The position numbers were made by a program, and so were the translations under genes. A DNA stretch of 63,823 nt, filler included, from Craspedostauros australis (taxonomy: Eukaryota): the NCBI GenBank assembly GCA_030167865.1. It is 4 parts of 4 records of this genome, joined end to end, with 100 filler letters (N's around TTAATTAATTAA, not from the genome) between each part and the next. Parts side by side here need not be neighbours in the genome. Positions count along the whole stretch, not along the records: positions 32,463 to 62,288 come from JALAGF010004952.1; 3 more parts are not named here. One strand, 5' to 3'. A model generated the notes under the pieces. That model saw only the letters and a list, made by a program, of their open reading frames with translations, was not told the DNA's origin and made no database searches. Shown here in pieces: positions 33,628-44,348 of this stretch. Within the stretch, counting starts at the first letter, position 1, and each line of letters starts with the position of its first letter.

Positions 33628-33895
33628 TGTGATGCCTACGACTCGGTGATGTCTATGCTAACGAAACTATCGGTAGAGGGCAGGAGATGGAATATCTGAA
33701 ATGCATGATGAGATGCATGATGAGATGAACCAATACTGCAAGATGAGATGTACATGGAGTACATGCTGCATGACATGATGAAGCAGGAGGACAGCACTGC
33801 ATGAGCAAGGGCAAGACTGTGTGCTACTGTGGAATATGTATGCTTTGGCAAATGGAATTGAAAGTGATGAAGATGTTGTACTCACAGTTCCAACA
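33628..33895 (-). mobile_element. Candidate LTR (268 bp, TGTTGG...CATCACA)
   Basis: Minus-strand termini are identical to those of the solo LTR at 60863-60992. It lies next to an assembly gap in CpG-poor DNA. No TSD. Confidence 0.35.
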
Positions 33896-33929
33896 ATGCA
33901 ATAACAGGAATAGGTAACCAGAGACTACT

Positions 33930-35120
33930 ACTAGAGACTGGGGTACCCCGGATTTCCAACATGTAAGGTCATTCGGACAGAACCACACATCCTGCAAAAG
34001 GATGTTGCTGTAGTGCTGAAGCCAACCATGACTGCCTTGCCAACCTGTGGAGACAGGATATGCTGAAGTAGGCCATCAAGCACAACCCCAAGCTGCTGCT
34101 TGCCCATATCGTCAAACACAATGTCATGTGGATTGCGAGAGACCTGCAGCAACATTGGGAGCAAGTGTCTGACAAGTTATTGCATCCCACAAACAGCATG
34201 CAGACGGAAGGCGACATCGCCACATCAGCAAAGATCCATGCCAAGATCGATGCCTCTGTGACATACCTGCAATCTGTGCGCGACGAGGACGTCCTTCGTC
34301 AGCAACGCAAACCCACAAACGAAATCATGAATACCATCCTGGAGACGGTGTTGGAAAGGTTGTGGATGTTCATGCAAGGTAACCTGCAATAGTACATGGA
34401 GTACCTCATGAACACTTTGCTACTCAATCGCATGGAGATCATAAAGCTGCTTCTGCGACATGGCTCCAACATTCTCCATCTCTCCATCAAGGACATTCTG
34501 TGACCCCAACTGGATCTGCTCTTGACCATGCTGACACTGCGGCAGCTCAAGAAATCCGTTGTGCGATATCCCACGTTCCTGGAGCTGTCGTTACGCAACC
34601 TGCAAACCAAGATCACATACTTTGATGACATTGAGAATGCTGCCTGCAGACAGGATCAGCCCATCTCATTGGCAGCGCTCATCTTGGGCAAGGCCATCAT
34701 GGTTTATTCCATGAGTGTGATAGACAGCATTCGTTCGACAGTGGAGTTCCTGTGCAGCACATGGAGTCAGCCCAACACGATCTCCATGCTGCGCACAGTC
34801 CTGGCCATCCTGGCATTGAGTTGCGACCGCAAACTGCATCTCAAGGTGGAATTCCTGCAACGCATGGGATACATGATGAATGGCGCCATTGGCGGATGCG
34901 ATCTGGCAGTCTCATTGCACAACCACATGCTGCCACGATGGCATTGCACGAAATCGCAGGCAATCTCCAGCCCAAATTTGGCGCTCTTACCTTCATGGAT
35001 GGACGTTCTGTGCTCGGTACGGATTCGATCCGAAGCACTATGAACACTACAAGAAGGCAGAGCTACAGCGGCTAGTATTTGCATTCCAATTCAATGCAGG
35101 GTCAAGACAGGTCGGCTGAT
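33930..35120 (+). pseudogene. Decayed mTERF-like gene
   Basis: Fragments in changing frames: KVIRTEPHIL, LKKSVVRYPTFLELSLRNLQTKITYF, IRSTVEFL, LALSCDRKLHLKVEFL and HMLPRWH. These resemble mTERF repeats and are interrupted by stops and frameshifts. Confidence 0.55.
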
Positions 35121-35502
35121 TGATGATGATCAGTGGCTCAAAGCATGGATTGACAGGTGAATGAGTTGGTAGATGTTGGCCAAATGTGTGGGCCAGGGGA
35201 GAATGGAGCAACTGCCTGTCCTCCAATACATTCATTGAATGTGGACACACGTCTATGTCTTGCTGGGCTGGGCACAAGTAGGATGATAATCTTTGCCACC
35301 AATTTATAACATTGGACGACAGCAGCTGCTTGAGCTCTATTGAGATCATGTGCACGTACGGTGTGCACCATTGGAAAGCAAGAGCGTTGCACTTTCCGGG
35401 AGTCGAACTTGAATGCTACTGAATCATCGTCGTCGCCATCATGGATGCCCTCCAATCCAAGGATCAGTTCTCTTTGGGTTTTGACAGAGGGCGGTACCCT
35501 AG

Positions 35503-37989
35503 TCAACTCGAAAGCAATGGTGTATCATCGGCAGTTTCTTCGGCTGCGTCGTCACCATCCCCACCAGCGGCACCATTACTCAATGGATCCTCGCTCTCGA
35601 TATCGCCATCACCGGCGCTATCCGAACGTCCTTCATTTGATGCATCGGAAGTGTTGGGAAGATCACCATCGTACGTGATCTTGTCTGCCACATCCAGGAT
35701 CTTGGGCCCGTCCCACAGATCACTGAGTTCGTTGCGACGCCATCCCAGGAAGGACATTGTACCTAGCGTGCAGGGGACGAGGTACAGCAAGGCCGGTTGC
35801 CCCATCCTCATGAGGTACACTGCCATGTTGGCCATGAACAGACCGACGGCATACGCGACGACCAGGGGCGCAAAGTATGTGCTGCAGCAGGAACTTGCAA
35901 CTGTAGCGCCCGCATGGCTGTCGCGCGTCACGACCGCGACCAGCTCCTTGGCGGCATCAAAGCGGGCACCGAAACTAAGCAGAAGACCGGGCACTGGGAA
36001 ATCATTGCCACCGTGAATTGGAATTGTATCAAGAAGAAAAGCAGAAGCAGAAAAGCGTTGAACGTCAGTTGCAATTCACAGCCACCAAACTAGAGTATTC
36101 CACACCATCTCAACCAAATCATACACACCCAATCATACACACCCAATCATGCGCACACAATACGATTCCAACTTACACACGATATCGCCCAACCCCAACA
36201 AACTCGCACCACCCATATAATCGAAGAGCCGCGGCATTGTGAGCAGCATGGGCAACGGATCACCACCTTGACAATCTCGTTCGTCGGGATATTTCTCGCA
36301 CAACGCCGGATCTCCCTTGGGCGGTCCGCCGCTTGTGGCCACGGTGATCATGACAGATTCGCCATGAAAGATGAGGGGAGTGACGAAGACGAAGAAGATG
36401 TCGTATAAGAATGCGACGATGAGAAGGGTACTGGCAACCTTGATGGAATTGAGTTTGATGACGTTCAAGAAGACGATGCACATGCAAGCGCCCATGATGT
36501 CCTGGACGACCCAGTAGTAGGTGATCTGATCCGGATGGCGCACCGTGATGGAGATGTACAGCCAGGATAAACCGATGCCGAAGCCTACGACGGAGCTGAT
36601 GATGTCGAGCACGGTGATGTCGCCAAGGTCCTCCGTTTCCGTGCGTAGAACGATCTTGTCCTTGAACTTGATCTTCCTGGCGATCTTGGCGAAGATGGGT
36701 CCGAAGATGACCTGGACCATGGCGCTGCTGCAGCCGATCGTGTACATGATCTTGACGACGCTGTAGATCTTGAAGAAGAAGAGGACCATCAAGCCGCAGG
36801 AGGCCATGAAAATGAAGCCGAGCGCATGCCACGGATTGAGCTCCAGCGCATCCTCCTGTGCTGTCAGAGTCGGCGGGCGTTGTTGCCGATTGGTTCTGCC
36901 GCCACGCGATGCATCACGTGAATTCCTGTCGCCGTTATTTTGCGCATTTGCCAGCGCCTTGTGACGGCGATAGCTCCATCGATAATCGGCGGCGCTCATG
37001 TACGCTGCCACGGCGCAGACGAAGACGCCGAGCAACCAGATGAGGACGGACGATGCGTTGTAGGACGGTCGCGCACGGCTGCTGAGTTGGACATAGACCG
37101 CGACGGGCGCATCGTCTTCGCCGTTTTCTGCTGCTGCCTGCCTGCTGAGAAGATCGAGGACAGTTTTGCCCTGCTGCATGGTGAGGTACGCAGCGGGTAT
37201 GTTGACGCGGACGCTGCTGTACGAGGGTGAGTTTGGATCGGACATGGAAGGGTCGTTGTAAAGCCAGACGGGCAAATCCCAAGCGCAGCATGCCTCCATT
37301 TCGTCACCCGTAGATGACTTGTTGCCCGTGAGCAGACAGAGCTTGGATTCGCACTTGCGGAGCTGGTTGTCGGAGAATAGATGGCACAGATTGCTGTCCG
37401 TCTCCCCGGAAAGGAGGGGATCGTTCTTCTGCGCATTGTACGGCAGCGGATCGAAGGAAAAGTCCAGTGCAGGCAGCATGGCGTGTCCCTTGTGACAGTC
37501 GTAGTCGTACCGAGGCGCGGGCCATTCGATGTCCGCGATGGTCGGTTCTTCCACCGTCGCATTGAGGGAGTACCGACTGGCGAGGTTGCCGTAGACCAGG
37601 ATGCCCTTCGCTCCCATGATCTGCGCGTTGAGCGCCTTACGTTCGAAGGTGCATTTACCGCGCGGCACCATCATCATGATCAGGGTATCCTTGTCATTGT
37701 CACTGTCCGACAATCCCGAGCCCGCAGCGACGTCGTCGCAAAGCAATGCGTTATCGTCCGGTGCCAGCACCACCTTCATCTGCGCCGCCTGCGCTGCGTC
37801 CATGGGAGGCACGCCGCCGAACGATGCCTGCGAGACGAACCACGTCTCCTTCGTCAATGGCGTGCCTTCCGTGTTGCCCTGCGGGAAGGTGGACACTTGC
37901 AAGCGTCCCGTTGGCAGCACGGCGTCGACGCCATGCGGAATCATGGCCAGCAGGCACGCCAAGGCAAACATGCTCATGTTTCTGTTCAT
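35503..37989 (-). CDS. Signal peptide peptidase-like aspartyl protease (SPPL2-type, PA domain), 2 exons, ~767 aa
   Basis: Signal peptide, PA domain (VPRGKCTFERKALNAQ..GA), YDIFFVF, LGLGDIV|LPG and QPALLYLVP. Intron 36176-35994 (GTAAGT...CCCAG, phase 1). Confidence 0.92.
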
Positions 37990-38472
37990 GTGGAGTGTAT
38001 CTGTATGTTCTGCTGCTGCTGCTGCTGCTGCTGCTGATGTCCGTCAAAAGCAAGTGCTTCACGCCAACCAGAGCGAATTGGTCCAACTTCGTCTTTCTGT
38101 CCACGTTTCGGAGCGTTGCACTTCTGTTGCCGCAGCAATGTCTTGCTCGTTCGTCTCAATCTCTTTCTCTGTCTCAGCTGTATTGGTATGGTCAGTACGT
38201 GTCGGTGGTTGGAGACGAGGTTGCCTTGATTGGACAATGATCGAAGCACGTCCTTCGCGAGCACTGGTGCGCTGCTGATGCCCGTTGTGAGTGATGCTGT
38301 CGCCGACTTTGTCCGCGTTGGGTCTGTTTTCTTCTGTGTCCTTTTTCCTTCTCTCCTTCCGACACAGAACTCGTGATTCAATAGTTGTTTCTTAATCGTG
38401 AATGAATTTGGCGTGCGTTCATTCACGTCAGCACGCGACTCGGGAGATGCGACGGAACTAGCGCAGACTGCG

Positions 38473-39682
38473 TCACCTGTTCGATGCTAGCACCATGGAA
38501 CCAATTGGTGGTCCAGATGCGATCAGAGTGCAATGAATGATGTCAAGTGACATGATCGAGTGCTTCACAGATCGCTCAGAGGCAGGGAAGCTCTTATCGA
38601 CGTTGCGAGTATGCGTGGGCATATGCCGCGCTGGTACGCCGCAGAGTGCTGTATTATCTTCCCGTACGTACATCTGCCCAATAGCGTCTATTTCGGCTAG
38701 TTGAGAGACAGTGTTGGCTTTAGGTTCATCTTGGAAGGTCTGACATTGGAAGACTGCCACGGACTGTCATGAAAGGCTACCGACGTATTGAGGCATGGAA
38801 TCTGGTCTGACTCTGTTGCTACTCCTGTTACTTTCACTGCTCTGGCTGCTGACGTCACAATCCCCGCGGAGCTGGCCAAGATCCGTGCCCATGGAGCTGC
38901 GGTCCTGAACCGCAGTTTCGGTTGTTGCGATTGGGATGTACCGAATCGTCATGCGGATGTACTTTGATGATTGAGGGTCGCCGGGTGGCGGCGATATGAT
39001 CACGGTCGCATCAGATGTTCTGCGCGTGTCTGTATGCCGGGGTGATATCTTGGATCGCCGCTCAAAACCATCTGGCGGGGCTGTAGCTGTTGGTGCGACT
39101 GGAATTGACACAATTGTGCCGGCATCTGCATCGGGGGCAACACCTGGATATATTGCTGAAGCTGCAGCCCTTGCTGTGCACGCAGCGCTCGTTGTTGCGG
39201 CACGACCTGCAGTTGATTCGGGGTCGCTGTTGTGGATGCTCCTGCCAATGACGGCGGCTGGATTGCTATCTGGGATGGCGGCATCATGACGATTTGCGGC
39301 GACGCTGCGAGAATCGGCTTTTGTCGAGCCATGACGGTCATCGGAACGGAAGAGGTCGAAGTTGGAGTCATTCCCTGCGGTTGGGCAACTTGTACCTGCG
39401 CTTGCGGCATATCAACCGATCTGGGCATGTCAACATTCTGGACGGAACCTGCTTGTTGCACGAACATCGGAGGGACCGAAGAGGCGGTGGCCTGCTGGAA
39501 ATGGGGGCTCTTTGCAGACGCTGCTGAACCAAGATGATCTGGGGCTGCTGCATTCCACCGCACAGTGCTTGCGCTGCAGGGACAGTCGTTGCCTGTGGTT
39601 GTGTCGCTGTTCCCGTTTCTACTGCGGCGGAAGGCAGCATTGACTTATTCATTCGGGCGTTTGTGGTATGTGTACGACCCAT
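38473..39682 (-). pseudogene. Fragmented Q/P/A-rich hypothetical ORF
   Basis: Coding-like low-complexity segments in successive frames, with no recognisable domain and no clear introns. Confidence 0.3.
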
Positions 39683-40241
39683 GATACTCGTGTGGGTTGA
39701 TCGTGCGGCTGGCACAGATATCAGTGCTCTTTGGCATAGTAGCAGTATGGAAACGTCCTTCGAGGAGTAAGCATTTGATTGTGTCAAGTATTGTTAGCAG
39801 AGTAGAGTACTATGTGGTCAGACAGAGGAGAGGAGAGTGGAGTATCGGTGTGGTATCGCATGATGAGCCATGCTGCGTCCTGGTCTTTGTTCCCATCCTC
39901 GTGTTCTGTGAGGGCCGCTACGGGCAACGTGACGGCGTCGTGGTTTGGTGGTCCTTTTGTTCGTGTGGGATTGTCTCTTTTTGGCGCGAACAACAATATT
40001 TGGGAGGACGGACAGACCACTCCAGACATGGTTGGATCTTCTCATGCGGTGAAGGGCACGGAGCAATCGCGATCCAAGTTTCGAAGCGTGAACTGTGCAC
40101 AACACTCGCTGAAGGCACACAGGGGCGCAGAGAGCAGTCCAATACCGAACCACTCAACAAGCGTGTCATGCCATAGACTGCATGGTATTACATTATACCA
40201 TATAACAGTATTATATCACACGCAACACTGCTGGCGCCAGC

Positions 40242-42059
40242 ATGATCACGTTGAGACGCAGGACTCGGAAGGAATGGGTCGTTGGCTTCATCGTGTTCAC
40301 GTTCGCGTGCATGCAGAACGTGGAAGGTCGAAGATCGAAGCACAGTTCCTTGCATGCTCAACGACCTGCGCATGATGCTGTGCACCCTCTGTATCGACTG
40401 CCGCACGGACGCTTTCGAAATCAGCTGCAAGAACGAGCAACGATCGCATTTGCATTGAATTCGAGAGGAGGTGGTTTCGGTGTGTCGGATGTCAACGATG
40501 GTGATGATCATCACACAGCAGCAGCAACAGCAGCAACGCAAACAACTCCGATCTTCCCACATGTGCAGTTCGCATCACCAGAATCGCTGTCGGCCATGGA
40601 AGAGCCATCGTTCATGTCACCAGATCAGACGTTGGGATCAATTCTGGAAGATCCGCAACCGCAGCCTGCGCTCATCATCATGGATGCATTCTCGCCCTAC
40701 CACGCATCGTACATGTCGTTCCGAGCCAGGGAGGCCTACGGCTTCGCGATCATCGACGTTGTGTCGCGATACATGAGGGACTACTTCGCTCTGCACGGCG
40801 ATGACGACGAGCAGCAGGAACTTCTGCCCATGTGCATGCCGTCCGATATCATCGAATGCGAGGCTTGGATGCGACAGCTGCCACCGCATCTCAAGATCGT
40901 GGGCGTATACTGCGAATCGGATTCGGGTCTGGCCGATGCGGAACAATTGGCCGGGCTGCTGCGCGTGCCATGTCACAACGGCGCCGTGGATGAAGTGCGT
41001 CGCAACAAGTACCTCATGAATGAGCGGATCGGATCGGCGGGATTGCCGCGCGTGCAGCAAAGGCTTTGCGAGAACATGGACGACGTCAATGCGTTCCTCA
41101 ATGAGCTTGCGCAAAGCACAACGTCAACGACGACGTCCACATTTCCGAAAGTGATTGTCAAGCCAGTTCGCGGCGTTGGATCGGATGATGTCTTCCTCTG
41201 CGATGATTTGGAATCCGTCTCAGAAGCATTCAAAACCATTCAAGGATCGACGGTATTCGGATCACCGCGAGACAAGCACCGAGCTGTGCTGCTTCAGGAG
41301 TATGCCGTCGGCCAAGAATACAGCCTCGACGTCGTCAGCTGCGATGGTCGACACGAAATCGCCGCGATTTGGAAATACGACAAACGATCGGTGAATGGAT
41401 CGCCTTTCGTGTACTTCGCTACGAGGCTCTATGATGGACCCGACGCAGACGTTGTGGCCCAGTACACCAAGGAGGTGCTGTCGGCGCTCGACGTGCGATG
41501 GGGGATCTCGCACAACGAAGTCATCGTGACAGAAGATGGTCCGAGGCTGGTGGAGGTCAACTGTCGGCAGCACAACATGGACTTTCTGCCGCTGGTGATG
41601 AGCTGCATCGGGCGCAACATCTTTGACGTGATGCTGTCGGGATACAGAGACGCCTATGATTCCAAGATTGCGAATGATGGCGGCGATGCGGGCACCCGTG
41701 ATGACAAGCGTGGCGAGTCAACTCAACAGCAAGAGGCGACATCCATTGTCCCGTCATTGCGGATGCACGGCGCGATGATGCATCTGGTGAACTACGAAGG
41801 CGGCATTCTGCAGTCCATCAACGAAGAAGCACTGATGGAGATCCAGAACATGGAGAGCACGTTGGATCTGGAAGTGTTCGCTCCCTTCCTGGCCATTGGC
41901 AACTCAATTTCGCCAACGAAGGACATTTGCACTGACGCAGGCTGGGTGCAGTTGGTCAATGATGACGAGACCGCGTTCCAGCGTGATTACGACAGGATCA
42001 TCGAACTGATGCCGACGCTCTTCGGTGTCGCGAAAAGCGGGGACGACGGCGCAGAATGA
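40242..42059 (+). CDS. ATP-grasp amino-acid-ligase-like protein with N-terminal signal peptide
   Basis: Motifs RNKYLM, VIVKP.RGVGS, LLQEY..GQEYSLDVVS.DG.H, SHNEVI and LVEVNCR. Hydrophobic N-terminus followed by LNSRGGG. Confidence 0.82.
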   Translation: MITLRRRTRKEWVVGFIVFTFACMQNVEGRRSKHSSLHAQRPAHDAVHPLYRLPHGRFRNQLQERATIAFALNSRGGGFGVSDVNDGDDHHTAAATAATQTTPIFPHVQFASPESLSAMEEPSFMSPDQTLGSILEDPQPQPALIIMDAFSPYHASYMSFRAREAYGFAIIDVVSRYMRDYFALHGDDDEQQELLPMCMPSDIIECEAWMRQLPPHLKIVGVYCESDSGLADAEQLAGLLRVPCHNGAVDEVRRNKYLMNERIGSAGLPRVQQRLCENMDDVNAFLNELAQSTTSTTTSTFPKVIVKPVRGVGSDDVFLCDDLESVSEAFKTIQGSTVFGSPRDKHRAVLLQEYAVGQEYSLDVVSCDGRHEIAAIWKYDKRSVNGSPFVYFATRLYDGPDADVVAQYTKEVLSALDVRWGISHNEVIVTEDGPRLVEVNCRQHNMDFLPLVMSCIGRNIFDVMLSGYRDAYDSKIANDGGDAGTRDDKRGESTQQQEATSIVPSLRMHGAMMHLVNYEGGILQSINEEALMEIQNMESTLDLEVFAPFLAIGNSISPTKDICTDAGWVQLVNDDETAFQRDYDRIIELMPTLFGVAKSGDDGAE

Positions 42060-42172
42060 CAACAGTTCTTGCGACTGCAATACATACAGAACTGCGAGAG
42101 GAGTCTTCAATGCTCTTTGACAGAACGATGCTACATCTTGCGATTCGCTACGTAGTGCTCTTCAACTATTAT

Positions 42173-43852
42173 TCACGCCGTCTCCTTGACCTTCTTGACA
42201 AAGCCGGCTAACCTCGTCATGAGATCGTCGACGCCGTCGCCTTGCTTGGCACTCATCCACATGAGCCGCGTGTGTGGCATGCTGTCTCGCAGCTTCTCCT
42301 GCAGCTCCTCCTTGCTGAACCTCGTCTTCAATCCCTTCTCCCACTCCACTCCGGAATCGATGCCATCGAGGATATCTAGCTTGTTCACGACGACGACCTG
42401 CGGCATCTGCCCCAGCTTGCCGTTTCCGTAGTTGAGGATCTCCTTGTTGAGCATCTGAAAGTCGGCTACGGGATCGTCGGATGTGGCATCGACGAGATGC
42501 AAGATGACATGGCAGCGCTCGACGTGACGCAAGAAGGCATGGCCCAGCCCGACGCCCTGCGAGGCACCGGCGATGAGACCCGGCACATCGCACAGCACCA
42601 GCCCGTCGCGACCGGAACCGTCCAAGGAACGTTTGGCGCCACGCTTCGTGGAATCGTCGGTATCATCGGGCGGCACCCACACACCCAGGTTGGGAATGAC
42701 CGTCGTGAAGGGATAGTTGGCGATCTTGGGCTTGGCGCGCGTCGTGGATGCCAGTAGCGTGCTCTTGCCCGCGTTGGGGACGCCGACCAGCGCGACGTCG
42801 GCGACGAGCTTCAGCGTCAGCTTGAGGACCTTGCGCTCTCCACCCTGCGGCGGGATGCGCTTGCGTACGACGCCACGTCCGCGACCGGCAATGCCCGAGC
42901 CTTCTCCGCCTTCGCCGCCCATCGCGACAACGACGGTGGGGTTGTCCAGCGTGACGCTGCCAAAGTCGATGGTCTCCTTGCTGCCGTCCTCCATCTCGAC
43001 GATCTCCTGGATGACGGTACCCGGCGGCACCCGGATGGTGGATTCGCGGCCGCCGCGTCCTGTCTTGAGCTGGCGCTTACCGTCTTCGCCGTTGTCGGCG
43101 CGGAAGCTCTTGCGTTGCGATTGGAAGGACGATGCTGCGCCGCTGCCGCCGAAGGAGTTGGGTCGCCAGGCGTTCGTCAGTCCCGCCAGCGTGTTGAGGG
43201 CTTCGTCCACGTTGAGGATGACGTCGCCGCCGCGACCGCCGTTGCCGCCATCGGCCGGTCCGTCCTGACCGCCGACTCCTTTCTTGTACGTGGATGCGCC
43301 CTGCCCGCCGCTTCCGGCTCGCACGTAGATGGTGGCCTCGTCGAAGAAGGAGTATTCGTTGGCAGCGTCTTCCAGGTTCTCGGGGTTTGGGATGACCCCA
43401 TCTCCGTCCAAGCTTCCGACGTTGCTCATGTCGCTGGCATCCTCATCATCAGGAGAAAAGAATTTGGATTGCTTCAGCGGTGCATTCGGGGAGTAGTACG
43501 TTGCTTCCTCAACTGCTTCCTCAACAGTGCCATCGCTATTGCCGCTACTGCCGTTACTGCCGCTGGTGCCTGCAGTATCTGTTTCTCCACCTTCTGCAGG
43601 GTCTGCGAACAACCACGTAGGTCGACCAGCTGATCTCAAAGACAACAACGACGACGACGACGACGACGACGATGTCACTATGGCTTGATGGACACCAACA
43701 GAATCAGCGTGCACTGGAGAACATTCCACCGACCAGGATGCTGTGGAGCTTGGTGCGAAAGATCTAGCGAATGGAATAGTTGCTGCGAGCTGCAGCAGAA
43801 AGATCCTAATCCACAGATTGTGCCTTGGGCATCGATGCTTCGTGGAACCCAT
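42173..43852 (-). CDS. obg: Obg/CgtA GTPase, probably plastid-targeted
   Basis: Gly-rich Obg fold (FFDEATIYVRAGSGGQG, GGNGGRGGDV). G1 GVPNAGKS, G2 YPFTT, G3 DVPG, G4 NKLD, G5 SAK. Presequence ...PFARS|FAP matches the diatom ASAFAP motif. Confidence 0.93.
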   Translation of the reverse strand: MGSTKHRCPRHNLWIRIFLLQLAATIPFARSFAPSSTASWSVECSPVHADSVGVHQAIVTSSSSSSSSLLSLRSAGRPTWLFADPAEGGETDTAGTSGSNGSSGNSDGTVEEAVEEATYYSPNAPLKQSKFFSPDDEDASDMSNVGSLDGDGVIPNPENLEDAANEYSFFDEATIYVRAGSGGQGASTYKKGVGGQDGPADGGNGGRGGDVILNVDEALNTLAGLTNAWRPNSFGGSGAASSFQSQRKSFRADNGEDGKRQLKTGRGGRESTIRVPPGTVIQEIVEMEDGSKETIDFGSVTLDNPTVVVAMGGEGGEGSGIAGRGRGVVRKRIPPQGGERKVLKLTLKLVADVALVGVPNAGKSTLLASTTRAKPKIANYPFTTVIPNLGVWVPPDDTDDSTKRGAKRSLDGSGRDGLVLCDVPGLIAGASQGVGLGHAFLRHVERCHVILHLVDATSDDPVADFQMLNKEILNYGNGKLGQMPQVVVVNKLDILDGIDSGVEWEKGLKTRFSKEELQEKLRDSMPHTRLMWMSAKQGDGVDDLMTRLAGFVKKVKETA

Positions 43853-44348
43853 GTTGGATGTCCGACCGCTTGATACGTATTGAGTTGCAATACAATACAA
43901 CAGTACTTTGCTTCTTGCGTTGTCACGTTGATGAATGGATGTTTGCGTTGGTATCAATGCAGCCACCAACCTCATTGGCACAGCTCGTGATCGTTATCTT
44001 GCGTTTGTGACAGTCTTTCGGAAGAACACATCAAATTTTGGATGGCTGTCAATCAACGCACGACCAACAACAGAAAACACAGACGTGTTTGTCACATTTT
44101 TGGCGCCAAAATCAATCGACTCGACCCAATTCTCATTCATCATCAATTGAACCGTTGCCGCTCGCTCGCATCTCCCTCTCTCTCGAGAGTACATACATAC
44201 AATGATCGTACAATGCCATACTACCCCCAACACATTTGCGTTCACAGAAGGAACTTCTAAGCATTTAATATTTCTCGTATGATGCCATGCGAATCACTCT
44301 CCTGGCACAATACTATAATGACATACTATATGATATTGAACCGCACAT

